Origin: an uncultured Bacteroidales bacterium
GTDB taxonomy: Bacteria > Bacteroidota > Bacteroidia > Bacteroidales > CAZLJX01
Length of the DNA stretch: 64,000 nucleotides
Direction of reading: 5' to 3'
NCBI GenBank assembly: GCA_964559985.1
Contig: CAZLJX010000006.1
Span: forward strand, 77,354-141,353
Under the pieces are notes generated by a model. It was given only the letters and a program-made list of their open reading frames with translations, did no database searches and was not told where the DNA came from. The translations under genes and the position numbers were made by a program. This document shows positions 46,040 through 55,504 of the stretch, one piece after another; positions within the stretch are counted from its first letter, which is position 1; each line of letters starts with the position of its first letter.

Positions 46040-47983
46040 ATGAAACACATTTCAGTTACTCTTGTTTTAATAGCTTTATTTTTTTACGGATTTCCACAGA
46101 TGCCAACCGATATTTTAATGAATATTGGCGGCAAAGACATTTCAAAAGCCGAGTTTGAACGTATTTATTACAAAAATAACAGCCAGGGCAACCAGGTAGA
46201 TAAAAAATCGGTGGATGAATATCTTGACCTTTTTATCAATTTCAAACTCAAAGTAATTGAAGCTGAATCGTTAAAAATGGATACCGTAAAATCGTTTATC
46301 GATGAACTTGCCGGATACCGCAAACAGTTAGCCAAACCTTATCTGACCGATAGTAAAATAGATGAAGAATTGCTGCTCGAAGCGTATGAACGTTCAAAAT
46401 GGGATATCCGTGCCTCGCATATCCTTGTTCAATGTACCGAGGATGCATTGCCAGCCGATACCCTGGTTGCCTATAAAAAAATAATGAAAATCCGCGACCA
46501 TATAGTTAAAGGCGAAGACTTTAATAAAGTGGCTGCAGAAACATCGGAAGATCCGTCTGCAAAAAATAACCAGGGCGATCTGGGTTATTTTACCGTGTTC
46601 AGCATGGTTTATCCCTTCGAAACAGCTGCATATAATGCTGAGATAAAAAAGGTTACAATGCCTGTCAGAACCCGTTTTGGTTATCACCTTCTCTGGGTCA
46701 GCGATAAACGCCCCAATCAGGGAGAAATTAAAGTAGCCCATATTATGGTGGCATCACCCAGAAATACTACCCCCGAAGATGCTGAAAAAGCACGTGAAAA
46801 AATATTTGCTTTATACGACAGCCTTAAAGCGGGAAAAGATTTTGCCAAATTGGCCGAAATTTACAGCGACGATAAAGGATCGGGAAGAAAAGGAGGTGAA
46901 TTACCTGTTTTCGGAACTGGAAGAATGATTCCTGAGTTTGAAACAGCTGCATTCAAATTACAAAACACCGGCGATTACACCGAACCGGTTCAGACAGCAT
47001 ATGGCTGGCATATTATCAAACTGCTCGAAAAATATGCCCAAAAATCGTTTGAAGAAGTTAAACCCAAATTTAAAAGCCAGCTGGCCAAAGATATGCGGTT
47101 GGCAAAAAGTAAATCGGCCACCATTGAAAGGCTTAAAAAAGAATATCAGTTTAAAGTGGATGCCAAATGCCTTGCTGAATTTTATCCCCTGGCAGATAGT
47201 AGTATGCTGAAAGGAACATGGGATGTAGCCAAAGCAGTAAAACTGAAAAAAAATCTTTTCAGTTTTGCCGGTAAAAATTATACACAGCAGGATTTTGCCC
47301 AATACCTTTCCACTTTTAAATATTCACAAAAACTTACTGAACTGAAACAGGTTATTGATAAAGCATTTTCTCAGTATACCGAAAAGTTATTACTCGATTA
47401 TGAAGATTCAAAACTCGAGGATAAATATGCCGATTTCCGCGACCTGATGCAGGAATATCACGACGGTATTTTATTGTTTGAACTGACTGATAAAATGGTA
47501 TGGTCAAAAGCTGTACAGGATACTGCCGGATTGCAGGCATTTTATGAAAGCAATAAAAACAATTACATGTGGGATGAACGTTTCCAGGGAACGCTGTATT
47601 ACTGCAAAAATGAGAAGGTGAAAAAGAACCTTGAAAAACTGCTTTTGAAAAAAACAGATAAACCGCTTACCCCGGCCGATGTTGAAAAGAAATTTACCAA
47701 AGATACCATCCGTATGGTGACTTCATTTTCAGGCATATTCTCAAAAGGCGATCAGCCAAAAATTGATTATTATTTTTGGAAAACAGGAAGTTACATACCC
47801 GGCCAGAACGAATTTGTTGTGGTAAGCGGATCGAAACGAAGTCCTGAGCCGAAAAAACTTGATGAATGCCGTGGCCTGGTCATTGCCGATTATCAGAACT
47901 ATCTCGAAAAAATCTGGATTGAACAGCTCCGGATGAAATATCCTGTAAATGTCAAAAAAGAAGTCCTTGAAACACTCAAATAG
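46040..47983 (+). CDS. Peptidyl-prolyl cis-trans isomerase, parvulin type (SurA/PpiD-like periplasmic chaperone)
   Basis: Signal peptide and two parvulin-like segments (IRASHILV ... GDLGYFTVFSMVYPFE; IKVAHIMV ... GGELPVFGTGRMIPEFE ... YGWHIIKL). Confidence 0.8.
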   Translation: MKHISVTLVLIALFFYGFPQMPTDILMNIGGKDISKAEFERIYYKNNSQGNQVDKKSVDEYLDLFINFKLKVIEAESLKMDTVKSFIDELAGYRKQLAKPYLTDSKIDEELLLEAYERSKWDIRASHILVQCTEDALPADTLVAYKKIMKIRDHIVKGEDFNKVAAETSEDPSAKNNQGDLGYFTVFSMVYPFETAAYNAEIKKVTMPVRTRFGYHLLWVSDKRPNQGEIKVAHIMVASPRNTTPEDAEKAREKIFALYDSLKAGKDFAKLAEIYSDDKGSGRKGGELPVFGTGRMIPEFETAAFKLQNTGDYTEPVQTAYGWHIIKLLEKYAQKSFEEVKPKFKSQLAKDMRLAKSKSATIERLKKEYQFKVDAKCLAEFYPLADSSMLKGTWDVAKAVKLKKNLFSFAGKNYTQQDFAQYLSTFKYSQKLTELKQVIDKAFSQYTEKLLLDYEDSKLEDKYADFRDLMQEYHDGILLFELTDKMVWSKAVQDTAGLQAFYESNKNNYMWDERFQGTLYYCKNEKVKKNLEKLLLKKTDKPLTPADVEKKFTKDTIRMVTSFSGIFSKGDQPKIDYYFWKTGSYIPGQNEFVVVSGSKRSPEPKKLDECRGLVIADYQNYLEKIWIEQLRMKYPVNVKKEVLETLK

Positions 47984-48005
47984 CATCGTTATTCCTTTGC
48001 TTACC

Positions 48006-48848
48006 ATGTACAGGTTTTGTTTTTTATTGTGGATATTTTTCATTGTATCCTGTATTCACCCTGAGAATAAAGGTGATTCAAAATTGCTGGCACGTGTTGG
48101 CTCAAAAGATTTATACGAGAATAATGTACAATATCCTAAAACCCTGAAAAGCAAATCCGATTCGGTTACTTTTTTAAAAGTTTATGTTAACCGTTGGATT
48201 ACACAGGAGCTTATGCTGCAAAAGGCAGTTCTTAATTTAAGTGAGAGCAGCAGCGAGATTGACAAACTGGTTGAGGAATACCGCGCTTCGTTACTGATAC
48301 ATGCTTACCAGCAGGAACTGATGAACCAGAAAATGGATACGGCCATTTCGGATGAGGAGGTACAGCAATTTTACCATTCTCATATTTATGATTTCAGGAA
48401 CGACAGTATTATTGTTAAAATGAGATATGTAAAGGTTTCTCGTAATTATAATGCAATCAATCAGTTGAGAAAACTCATCAAATCGGATAATGATGACGGA
48501 CTGGGCGAACTGGAAAAAATATGTTTTCAGAATAACATTCATTACCAGATAAATAATGATTGGCTTTACTATAACGAATTCACCACCCTCGTTCCCAGGG
48601 AAATATGGAACGCAGAACAATTTCTGAAGAGCAATCCATATCATGAATTCAATGATGAGCAATATTTTTATCTGTTTTATATTTCCGATTACCGTTTAAA
48701 GGATGATATTGCCCCAATTGAGCTGGTTGAGCAGAATATCAGGCACCTGATATTACAGAAACGGAAAATTCAGTTTATCAAAGATATTGAAAGCAGCATT
48801 TACAAAGATGCCCTTAGCCGGCAGGATTTTATTAATAACATGCAATAA
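48006..48848 (+). CDS. Hypothetical lipoprotein resembling a SurA N-terminal chaperone domain without a PPIase domain
   Basis: Lipoprotein-like signal MYRFCFLLWIFFIVSC and helical chaperone-like composition. Its stop overlaps the next start (TAATG at 48846..48850). The ORF-track start at 47949 overlaps the preceding gene. Confidence 0.45.
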   Translation: MYRFCFLLWIFFIVSCIHPENKGDSKLLARVGSKDLYENNVQYPKTLKSKSDSVTFLKVYVNRWITQELMLQKAVLNLSESSSEIDKLVEEYRASLLIHAYQQELMNQKMDTAISDEEVQQFYHSHIYDFRNDSIIVKMRYVKVSRNYNAINQLRKLIKSDNDDGLGELEKICFQNNIHYQINNDWLYYNEFTTLVPREIWNAEQFLKSNPYHEFNDEQYFYLFYISDYRLKDDIAPIELVEQNIRHLILQKRKIQFIKDIESSIYKDALSRQDFINNMQ

Positions 48849-50176
48849 TGAGAAATTTTTTAATTTGTATTTTTATTTTCCAAAGTCTGGCCACCTATTC
48901 GCAGGACAAGAAAATCATCGATCAGATTATTGCCGTTGTAGGAAATAATATGATCATGGAATCGGATATCGAAACCCAGCGGATGCAGATGATGGCACAG
49001 GGATATTATTCTCAGGGCGATATCAAATGTGAAATTCTTGAGCAGATGGTATATCAGAAATTGCTGATTCACCAGGCAGCCATTGACAGTATTGAAGTAA
49101 CCGATCGCGATGTGGATATGGAACTGGACCGGAAAATAAGTTATTTTATTTCGCAGATTGGTTCGGAAGAAAAGCTGGAAGAATATTTTAAAAAGAGCAT
49201 GGTTGAAATAAAGACCGATTTTAAAGAAGTAATCCGTGAACAGTTATTAGCCCAGAGAATGCATGCCAAACTTACCGGCGATTTAAAAGTTACACCCACC
49301 GAAGTGAGAAAATATTATAAAAGCTTACCTCCCGATAGCATACCGCTTGTACCAGCTGAATACGAGATTCAGCAAATCGTGAAATATCCTGTTATCGAAG
49401 AAGCAGAAATTCTTGCAGTGAAAGAGAAATTACGCCAGTTGCGCGACAGGGTAGTCAACGGTGAAAATTTTGCCACCCTTGCTATTTTGTATTCCGAAGA
49501 CCCTGGTTCGTCAAAAAACGGAGGAGAGCTGGGATTTGTGGGCAGGGGAGACCTTGTTCCTGAATTTGCAGCTGTTGCTTTTAACCTGAAACCCGGCGAA
49601 GTGTCGAAAATAGTGAAAACAGACTATGGATTTCATATTATCCAGCTCATTGAAAGAAAAGGTGAAAAAATCAATGTCCGTCATATCCTGATAACTCCAA
49701 AAGTCAATCCAAAAAAAGTGTTCGAGGCCAAACGTTCGCTCGATACCATTGCTGCACTTATCAGGTCTGACTCGCTGAAATTTGATGTTGCTGCCGGATT
49801 ATATTCGCAGGATAAGGAAACCCGACTCAATGGCGGGCTGCTTCTTAATCCTGCTACCGGAACTACACGTTTTGAAGCATCACACATTGAATCTTCTGTA
49901 GCATTTGCCATCAAAAATCTTCAGGCCGGACAGATTTCAGAGCCTTTTGAATCGAAAGATGAACAAGGGCGAACCGTAGTTAAAATTGTTTCGTTAAAAT
50001 CGAAAACTGAAACCCATACTGCCAGTCTTGAATTTGATTATCAGCGAATACAGGACGCAACCCTCGAAAATAAAAAGGCTGAGTTTATAAAAGGCTGGAT
50101 TGATAAAAAACGTAAATCGACTTATATCAAGCTTGTTCCTGAATATGCCGCTTGCCCTGATTTTTTAAAAAAATAA
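48848..50176 (+). CDS. Peptidyl-prolyl cis-trans isomerase, SurA-like
   Basis: Signal peptide, SurA_N-like region (IDQIIAVVGNNMIMESDIE) and parvulin domain (GGELGFVGRGDLVPEFAAVAF ... YGFHIIQL). Confidence 0.82.
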   Translation: MRNFLICIFIFQSLATYSQDKKIIDQIIAVVGNNMIMESDIETQRMQMMAQGYYSQGDIKCEILEQMVYQKLLIHQAAIDSIEVTDRDVDMELDRKISYFISQIGSEEKLEEYFKKSMVEIKTDFKEVIREQLLAQRMHAKLTGDLKVTPTEVRKYYKSLPPDSIPLVPAEYEIQQIVKYPVIEEAEILAVKEKLRQLRDRVVNGENFATLAILYSEDPGSSKNGGELGFVGRGDLVPEFAAVAFNLKPGEVSKIVKTDYGFHIIQLIERKGEKINVRHILITPKVNPKKVFEAKRSLDTIAALIRSDSLKFDVAAGLYSQDKETRLNGGLLLNPATGTTRFEASHIESSVAFAIKNLQAGQISEPFESKDEQGRTVVKIVSLKSKTETHTASLEFDYQRIQDATLENKKAEFIKGWIDKKRKSTYIKLVPEYAACPDFLKK

Positions 50177-50186
50177 ATCTCTTAAT

Positions 50187-51155
50187 ATGGTATTTACTAA
50201 CGATGTCGAAGCCGTTGATGCATTACGTAAAAAATATGCAGACCTGACAGCCGAATTACATAAAGTAATTGTAGGACAAGATGATATAATAAAAAATGTA
50301 TTGATTTCCGTGCTCAGCGGTGGACATTGCCTGTTGATTGGTGTGCCGGGACTTGCAAAGACAATGCTGGTCAATGCAATCGCCAATACCCTTGGCCTTG
50401 ATTACAAACGGATTCAGTTTACCCCCGACCTGATGCCAAGCGATATCATCGGAACAGAAATTCTTGATCATTCACGGGAATTTAAATTCATTAAAGGACC
50501 GGTTTTTGCCAATATTATCCTTGCCGATGAAATCAACCGTACACCCCCTAAAACGCAATCGGCATTGCTCGAAGCCATGCAGGAAAAAGCGGTTACAGCT
50601 GCAGGGATACGTTATGTTCTGGAAGAGCCATTTTTTGTGCTTGCAACCCAGAATCCCATTGAGCAGGAAGGAACCTATCCGCTACCCGAAGCACAGCTCG
50701 ACCGGTTTATGTTTAGTCTGCTGGTTAATTATCCATCTTATGATGAAGAGGTTGATATAGTGCGTTTTACTACTTCAGCAAATCCATCAGCCCTTAATAA
50801 AATGATGACAGGCGAAGAAATTATTTTTTATCAGCAACTTATGCGTAAAGTGCCTGTAAATGATAGTGTAATACGTTATGCGGTTGAACTGGTTTCGAAA
50901 ACACGTCCGGGAACAGCATTATCGCACAAAATGGCCAATGATTTTATTACCTGGGGAGCCGGTCCCCGTGCTTCGCAGTATCTTATAACAGGGGCAAAGG
51001 CCCATGCATTGATTGAAGGAAAATATTCGCCTGATATTGATGATGTTATTGCTGTTGCTCATCCTGTTCTGCGGCACCGGCTGGTAAGAAATTATAAAGC
51101 TGAGGCCGAAAATATCACCAATGACGACATTATCAGTCGGCTTATTCAATCCTGA
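50187..51155 (+). CDS. MoxR-family AAA+ ATPase
   Basis: VIVGQDDIIKNVLISVLSGGHCLLIGVPGLAKT (Walker A), ILADEINR (Walker B), and ATQNPIEQEGTYPLPEAQLDRF typical of MoxR/AAA_3. Confidence 0.9.
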   Translation: MVFTNDVEAVDALRKKYADLTAELHKVIVGQDDIIKNVLISVLSGGHCLLIGVPGLAKTMLVNAIANTLGLDYKRIQFTPDLMPSDIIGTEILDHSREFKFIKGPVFANIILADEINRTPPKTQSALLEAMQEKAVTAAGIRYVLEEPFFVLATQNPIEQEGTYPLPEAQLDRFMFSLLVNYPSYDEEVDIVRFTTSANPSALNKMMTGEEIIFYQQLMRKVPVNDSVIRYAVELVSKTRPGTALSHKMANDFITWGAGPRASQYLITGAKAHALIEGKYSPDIDDVIAVAHPVLRHRLVRNYKAEAENITNDDIISRLIQS

Positions 51156-51161
51156 AATTGT

Positions 51162-52679
51162 ATGCAAGTCCTGCGCCTGCTTGCATGTTGCCTGCTATGC
51201 AGTATCTTATATGTCAACAGCATAGCTCAGAAAAGTTCAAAGATTGAACTGGTAAATGCCGGTGTGCTTGAGTTTGGCGATGGTGTAAGCAGCGGTGCAC
51301 GCCGTCTTATCGGAAATGTCATCTTGCGTCAGGACGATGTTACCATGTACTGCGACAGCGCCCGACTTTTCCCCGACCAGAATATGTTCGAAGCTTTCAG
51401 TCATATTCATCTGACCAGGCGTGGCGAACAGAATTTTGATATTTTCAGCCAGCAGTTGGTTCACGACGGCAACCTTAAAATATCGCAGTTCAGGGATAAG
51501 GTGGTCATGACCGATAAAAAAGTTACCCTGACTACTGATTATTTTGATTATCATATTGATACTAAAACCGGGTTTTATACCCAAGGGGGGGAAATCGTTG
51601 ACAGTGCTTCGGTACTGACCAGCCTTAACGGCAATTATTATGGCAAGGAGCAAAAGTTTATCTTTTCAAAAAACGTAAAAATTGAAAACGAGGCTGAAAA
51701 ATTTGTACTAAAAACTGACTCAATGCATTACCATGCCGATACCAAAACGGTTTGGTTTTTTGGACCTACGCATGTGATAAGCGACACAAATTACCTTTAT
51801 GCCCGTCACGGGTGGTATAACACCGAAACAGGTTTTTCGCAGTTTACCGACAGTGTCAGGTACGAATCGAAAGGCAGGTATTTGTTGGCCGATAAGGTAG
51901 ATGCCAATCGGAATGATAAAAAACTGACGGCATCGGGTAATGTGTTTTTAAACGACACCGCCAGGCATTTTATAGCCACCGGCCAATTCATGCATTACAC
52001 TGACAGTCCGCAGTTTTTCATTCTTACCCGTAAAGCCGTTGTAATTTATATTGATCAATCCGACAGCCTTTTTCTACATGCCGATACCATCACCTCATAT
52101 CCCGATAGTGCTGGTTTTAAAATAATTCATGCATTTCATCATGTGAAAGCCTGGCGCAGCGATTTTCAGCTTAAATGTGACTCCCTGGTTTTTACCGAAT
52201 CCGATTCGCTTTTGCGGCTTTTCGGTAGCCCGGTGGTCTGGAGCCAGGATAACCAGTTGACATCGGTAGATATGACCTTAAAAATGAAAAACGGTCAGCC
52301 GTATACGTTTTTTCTCAGCGAATCGGCTATGATTATTTCGCAGGTTGATCCGGAAAAATATAACCAGATTTCGGGGAAAAGCATGACTGGTTTTATCAGT
52401 AAAAAAAAGCTCAATAAGGTGAATGTTGATGGTATGTCGCAATCGATCTATTACACTACCGACAACCGGGGAGTTTTTGGCATCAATGCGGTAGCCTGTA
52501 AAAACATGACTATATATCTTGAAAACAAAGAAGTTAAACGGATTATATTATTTGACAGCCCCAAAGGTACCATGAACCCGCCAAAACAGCTATCGCAAAA
52601 AGAAACCCGTTTAAAAGGGTTTGTCTGGCATGAAAAAAGCCGGCCGCTTAACAGCCGCGATATTTTCAGGTGGGAATAA
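51162..52679 (+). CDS. OstA-like (LptD N-terminal-like) periplasmic beta-jellyroll repeat protein
   Basis: Signal peptide ending SIAQ. Repeated strand pattern (GNVILRQDDVTMYCDSARLF, ASGNVFLNDT) as in OstA-like proteins. Recognition is by eye. Confidence 0.6.
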   Translation: MQVLRLLACCLLCSILYVNSIAQKSSKIELVNAGVLEFGDGVSSGARRLIGNVILRQDDVTMYCDSARLFPDQNMFEAFSHIHLTRRGEQNFDIFSQQLVHDGNLKISQFRDKVVMTDKKVTLTTDYFDYHIDTKTGFYTQGGEIVDSASVLTSLNGNYYGKEQKFIFSKNVKIENEAEKFVLKTDSMHYHADTKTVWFFGPTHVISDTNYLYARHGWYNTETGFSQFTDSVRYESKGRYLLADKVDANRNDKKLTASGNVFLNDTARHFIATGQFMHYTDSPQFFILTRKAVVIYIDQSDSLFLHADTITSYPDSAGFKIIHAFHHVKAWRSDFQLKCDSLVFTESDSLLRLFGSPVVWSQDNQLTSVDMTLKMKNGQPYTFFLSESAMIISQVDPEKYNQISGKSMTGFISKKKLNKVNVDGMSQSIYYTTDNRGVFGINAVACKNMTIYLENKEVKRIILFDSPKGTMNPPKQLSQKETRLKGFVWHEKSRPLNSRDIFRWE

Positions 52680-52697
52680 AAACAATGAGAAAAAGTG

Positions 52698-52715
52698 TAA
52701 GGAAAGCTTTCCTTA
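52698..52715. terminator. Palindromic hairpin between convergent genes
   Basis: Perfect 18-nt palindrome taaggaaagctttcctta (a 7-bp stem with a 4-nt loop if folded). It lies between the stop at 52679 (+) and the stop at 52735 (-). Confidence 0.45.
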
Positions 52716-52734
52716 TGTATTTTATCCGTATTAT

Positions 52735-52956
52735 TTAATATTCATCTTCATTAAAAAAGAAATCGTCTTTGCTGGGATAATCAGGCCAGATATCTTCAAT
52801 GCTTTCATAAATTTCGCCGTCATCTTCAATTTCCTGAAGGTTTTCAATCACTTCAAGGGGTGCTCCGGACCGAATGGCATAATCAATCAACTCATCTTTG
52901 GTAGCCGGCCATGGCGCATCTTCCAGTTTTGAAGCTAATTCGAGAGTCCAATACAT
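52735..52956 (-). CDS. DUF2795-like small acidic protein
   Basis: 73 aa. WPATKDELIDYAIRSGAPLEVIENLQEI matches the remembered DUF2795 pattern. Confidence 0.6.
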   Translation of the reverse strand: MYWTLELASKLEDAPWPATKDELIDYAIRSGAPLEVIENLQEIEDDGEIYESIEDIWPDYPSKDDFFFNEDEY

Positions 52957-53006
52957 AGTATATCAGATTTTTATGTTATTTTTTTTTTGTTTCCTGAAAA
53001 AGGTGG

Positions 53007-53014
53007 CAAATATA
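53007..53014 (-). promoter_or_regulatory. Candidate -7 promoter box (TAtaTTTG) for the DUF2795-like gene
   Basis: The minus strand reads TATATTTG 51 nt upstream of the ATG at 52956. Confidence 0.3.
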
Positions 53015-53026
53015 TGGAAAAAATAT

Positions 53027-53581
53027 TCAAATATTTTTCGGATTCCACAAAATTTCTTTTATCCTTCTTTCTTTAGCGATATACCGCGATAATACAAAGA
53101 AATAGTCTGATAAGCGATTGAGATATTTTAATATCATGGTATAATCATGTGTATCGTGGAATAAAATTGCCACTTTACGCTCGGCACGACGGCAAACGGT
53201 GCGTGCAATGTGGCAGCGGTCAAGCTGTTCATGCCCCATGGGCAGGATAAATGAGCTTAAAGGAGCAAGGTGTTTGTCCATGACATCAATTTCTTTTTCG
53301 AGCACCACAATATCGTCGGGTTCAAGGGCAGGCAGAGAATCTGTGTTTTCAGGTTTTTCGCTGGCCAGCCATGCCGCACAGACCATCAGGCGGTCGAGTA
53401 CAATGGTCAGGATATATTTTACATGTTTGTTGGTTTTTCGGTGATCGGCAAGGTAGGCAGTAAAAGCCATCAGTTCGTCAATGGTTCCGTAAGCTTCGAT
53501 CCGTGCATCGGCTTTCGAAACCCGTGTTCCGCCAATCAACGCGGTAGTGCCGTCATCGCCGGTTTTTGTATATATTTTCAT
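53027..53581 (-). CDS. pduO: PduO-type ATP:cob(I)alamin adenosyltransferase
   Basis: The N-terminus MKIYTKTGDDGTTALIGGTRVSKADARIEAYGTIDEL is diagnostic of this family. Size is 184 aa. Confidence 0.9.
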   Translation of the reverse strand: MKIYTKTGDDGTTALIGGTRVSKADARIEAYGTIDELMAFTAYLADHRKTNKHVKYILTIVLDRLMVCAAWLASEKPENTDSLPALEPDDIVVLEKEIDVMDKHLAPLSSFILPMGHEQLDRCHIARTVCRRAERKVAILFHDTHDYTMILKYLNRLSDYFFVLSRYIAKERRIKEILWNPKNI

Positions 53582-53840
53582 TGTAAAATGATTGATTTTG
53601 AGTTAATTGTAACTTATTTTTTATCTGCAATATAAAAAAAATGGGAATCATTCAAACCTGATTATGAAATATAATAAGATTTGAAGATCCGGAATAACAC
53701 AAAGTTGTTATTGAACATGGTGCCGGATTGAAATCATGTAATTTCCAAATAAAAGATATGGTGGCAATTAAATTCAATCATGGCCGGTAAATACAAGCTT
53801 TTATAAGATGGTATTTGCAGCTATTTTGTTTTATAATGAG

Positions 53841-53913
53841 CCGGTCCGGAGGGGCTCGAACCCTCGACCCCATGATTAAGAGTCACGTGCTCTACCAGCT
53901 GAGCTACGGACCG
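53841..53913 (-). tRNA. tRNA-Lys (anticodon CTT), CCA not encoded
   Basis: Folded by hand as a cloverleaf: acceptor cggtccg/cggaccg, D arm gctc-agctggta-gagc, anticodon arm cgtga-CTCTTAA-tcatg, variable loop gggtc, T arm gaggg-ttcgagc-ccctc, discriminator g. Total 73 nt. Confidence 0.9.
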
Positions 53914-53993
53914 GATTTTTGAACGGGCAAAATTATAAAATTATTTATAAACTCAATCCGGATGTTTAAAAATTGGAAAAATATCCGGAAATA

Positions 53994-55373
53994 TTAATTG
54001 AAATAATATAAAGAACCTGCAAGCAGGAGCATTGATGCTATTATAAAAAGGAGCAGTAGTTTAACAAACCATTTTATCCAAACCTGGTATGGAATGCCAG
54101 CAATTGCAAGAACACCCATGGTAACCCCGCTGGTTGGTACAATCATACTCAGTAGGCCATCGCCAAGCTGAAAAGCAGTAATGGCTGCCTGCCTTCCTAC
54201 TCCGAGTAAATCGCTCAATGGAGCTACAACAGGCATGGTAAGTGCTGCCTGTCCTGATCCTGAAGGTACAAAAAAAGTAAAACAACTTTGAAACAGGAAA
54301 ATAACCTGGATCGAGATTTCTGCCGGAAGATTTTTTCCAAGGTTAGAAGCAGCATATAATATGGTGTCAATAATTTTTCCATCCGAAGCGATTACAAGTA
54401 ATCCTCTTGAAAGGCCAATTACTAAACCAGCAGTTATCATATCTTTTGCTCCTGCAATAAATGCATCGATGGAATCTTTTGCCGAAAGCCGGCAAATAAT
54501 AGCAGAGATAATTCCGAGTGCCAGAAACAACGCCGAAATTTCATTGATGTACCATTTCCATTTATTTGCACTAACCACAATCATTGCCAGTGCTGCAAAA
54601 AGAAAGACAATGACAGTTTTACGGGAAAAACTGAACGGTGTGTTTGCATCAGGTTTCATATCTGCGGTGGTACGTATGCGGTCGATATTATAAACAGGGC
54701 TTGATTCAGGTTTTCTGGCAATTTTTGTGGCATAAATCATCACAAAGGCGATGGCAAGGGATGTCATTACAAACCATATCAGTAAACGGTATTCCCATCC
54801 GCTGAAAATCTGAACTTCTGCAATTCCCTGAGCCACACCAATATTGAATGGGTTAGTAATGGCGGCTGCAAAACCTGTACCTGCTGCCATAAACGACATG
54901 CCTATTCCAACCAGCGAATCATACCCCAGTGCTATAGAAAGGGGTATGGTAATCATGATAAAAACAATGACTGATTCGCTCATGCCAAAAGTGGCACCGG
55001 CAAGCGAGAACAGTACCATAATAAGTGGCACGATGAAGTGTTTATATTCCGGTTTTCGAATGCTGAACTGAAGTATATTGGCTAATCCGGAACGGATGGC
55101 ACCTGTTTTATTGATCATCCCGAAAGCACCTCCTACCAGGAGGCAGAATCCAATAATCTGGGCTGCAGCTGTAAAACCTTTAATAGGTGCTGTCAGTATT
55201 GCCCATAATCCCTGTGGTTGATTGGCAACCGTTTTGTAGGTTCCCGGAATCACCACCATACGGCCATTGAATTCTTTCCGGTCATATTCGCCGGCCTGTA
55301 TTATCCATGTAAAACCAATGAAAATCAGCATCATGATCATAATCAGGATGATGGTATGCGGAAAGTTTTTCAT
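53994..55373 (-). CDS. YfcC / DcuC-type (C4-dicarboxylate anaerobic carrier family) membrane transporter
   Basis: A 459-aa polytopic protein. The N-terminus with a periplasmic loop (GEYDRKEFNGRMVVIPGTYKTV) is typical of YfcC-like proteins. Confidence 0.75.
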   Translation of the reverse strand: MKNFPHTIILIMIMMLIFIGFTWIIQAGEYDRKEFNGRMVVIPGTYKTVANQPQGLWAILTAPIKGFTAAAQIIGFCLLVGGAFGMINKTGAIRSGLANILQFSIRKPEYKHFIVPLIMVLFSLAGATFGMSESVIVFIMITIPLSIALGYDSLVGIGMSFMAAGTGFAAAITNPFNIGVAQGIAEVQIFSGWEYRLLIWFVMTSLAIAFVMIYATKIARKPESSPVYNIDRIRTTADMKPDANTPFSFSRKTVIVFLFAALAMIVVSANKWKWYINEISALFLALGIISAIICRLSAKDSIDAFIAGAKDMITAGLVIGLSRGLLVIASDGKIIDTILYAASNLGKNLPAEISIQVIFLFQSCFTFFVPSGSGQAALTMPVVAPLSDLLGVGRQAAITAFQLGDGLLSMIVPTSGVTMGVLAIAGIPYQVWIKWFVKLLLLFIIASMLLLAGSLYYFN

Positions 55374-55504
55374 TTTCTGACGGTTAAAATAAATATAGCA
55401 ACAGCTGGTTATTTGAGCCGAAAATATCTATTTAAAGCAAGAATACCAAATGAGTAAATAGTTGATTTGTTATTTCCGGTCAGGAATGCGAAAACGGTTT
55501 TATT

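Noticed and set aside
53582-53840. Possible cobalamin riboswitch upstream of the PduO-type adenosyltransferase
   Set aside because: The region is AT-rich. I found no B12-box-like element or the GC-rich paired elements expected on the minus strand. The only ggtgccgg-type segment is on the wrong strand.
53841-53913. tRNA-Lys as a possible genomic-island integration site
   Set aside because: No integrase, no direct repeat of the tRNA 3' end that I could see, and no mobility genes on either side. The neighbours are pduO and a transporter.
53994-55373. YfcC-type transporter as the missing antiporter of the arcC-argF pair
   Set aside because: The genes are about 24 kb apart on opposite strands with many unrelated genes between them. 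Nothing in the sequence links them.
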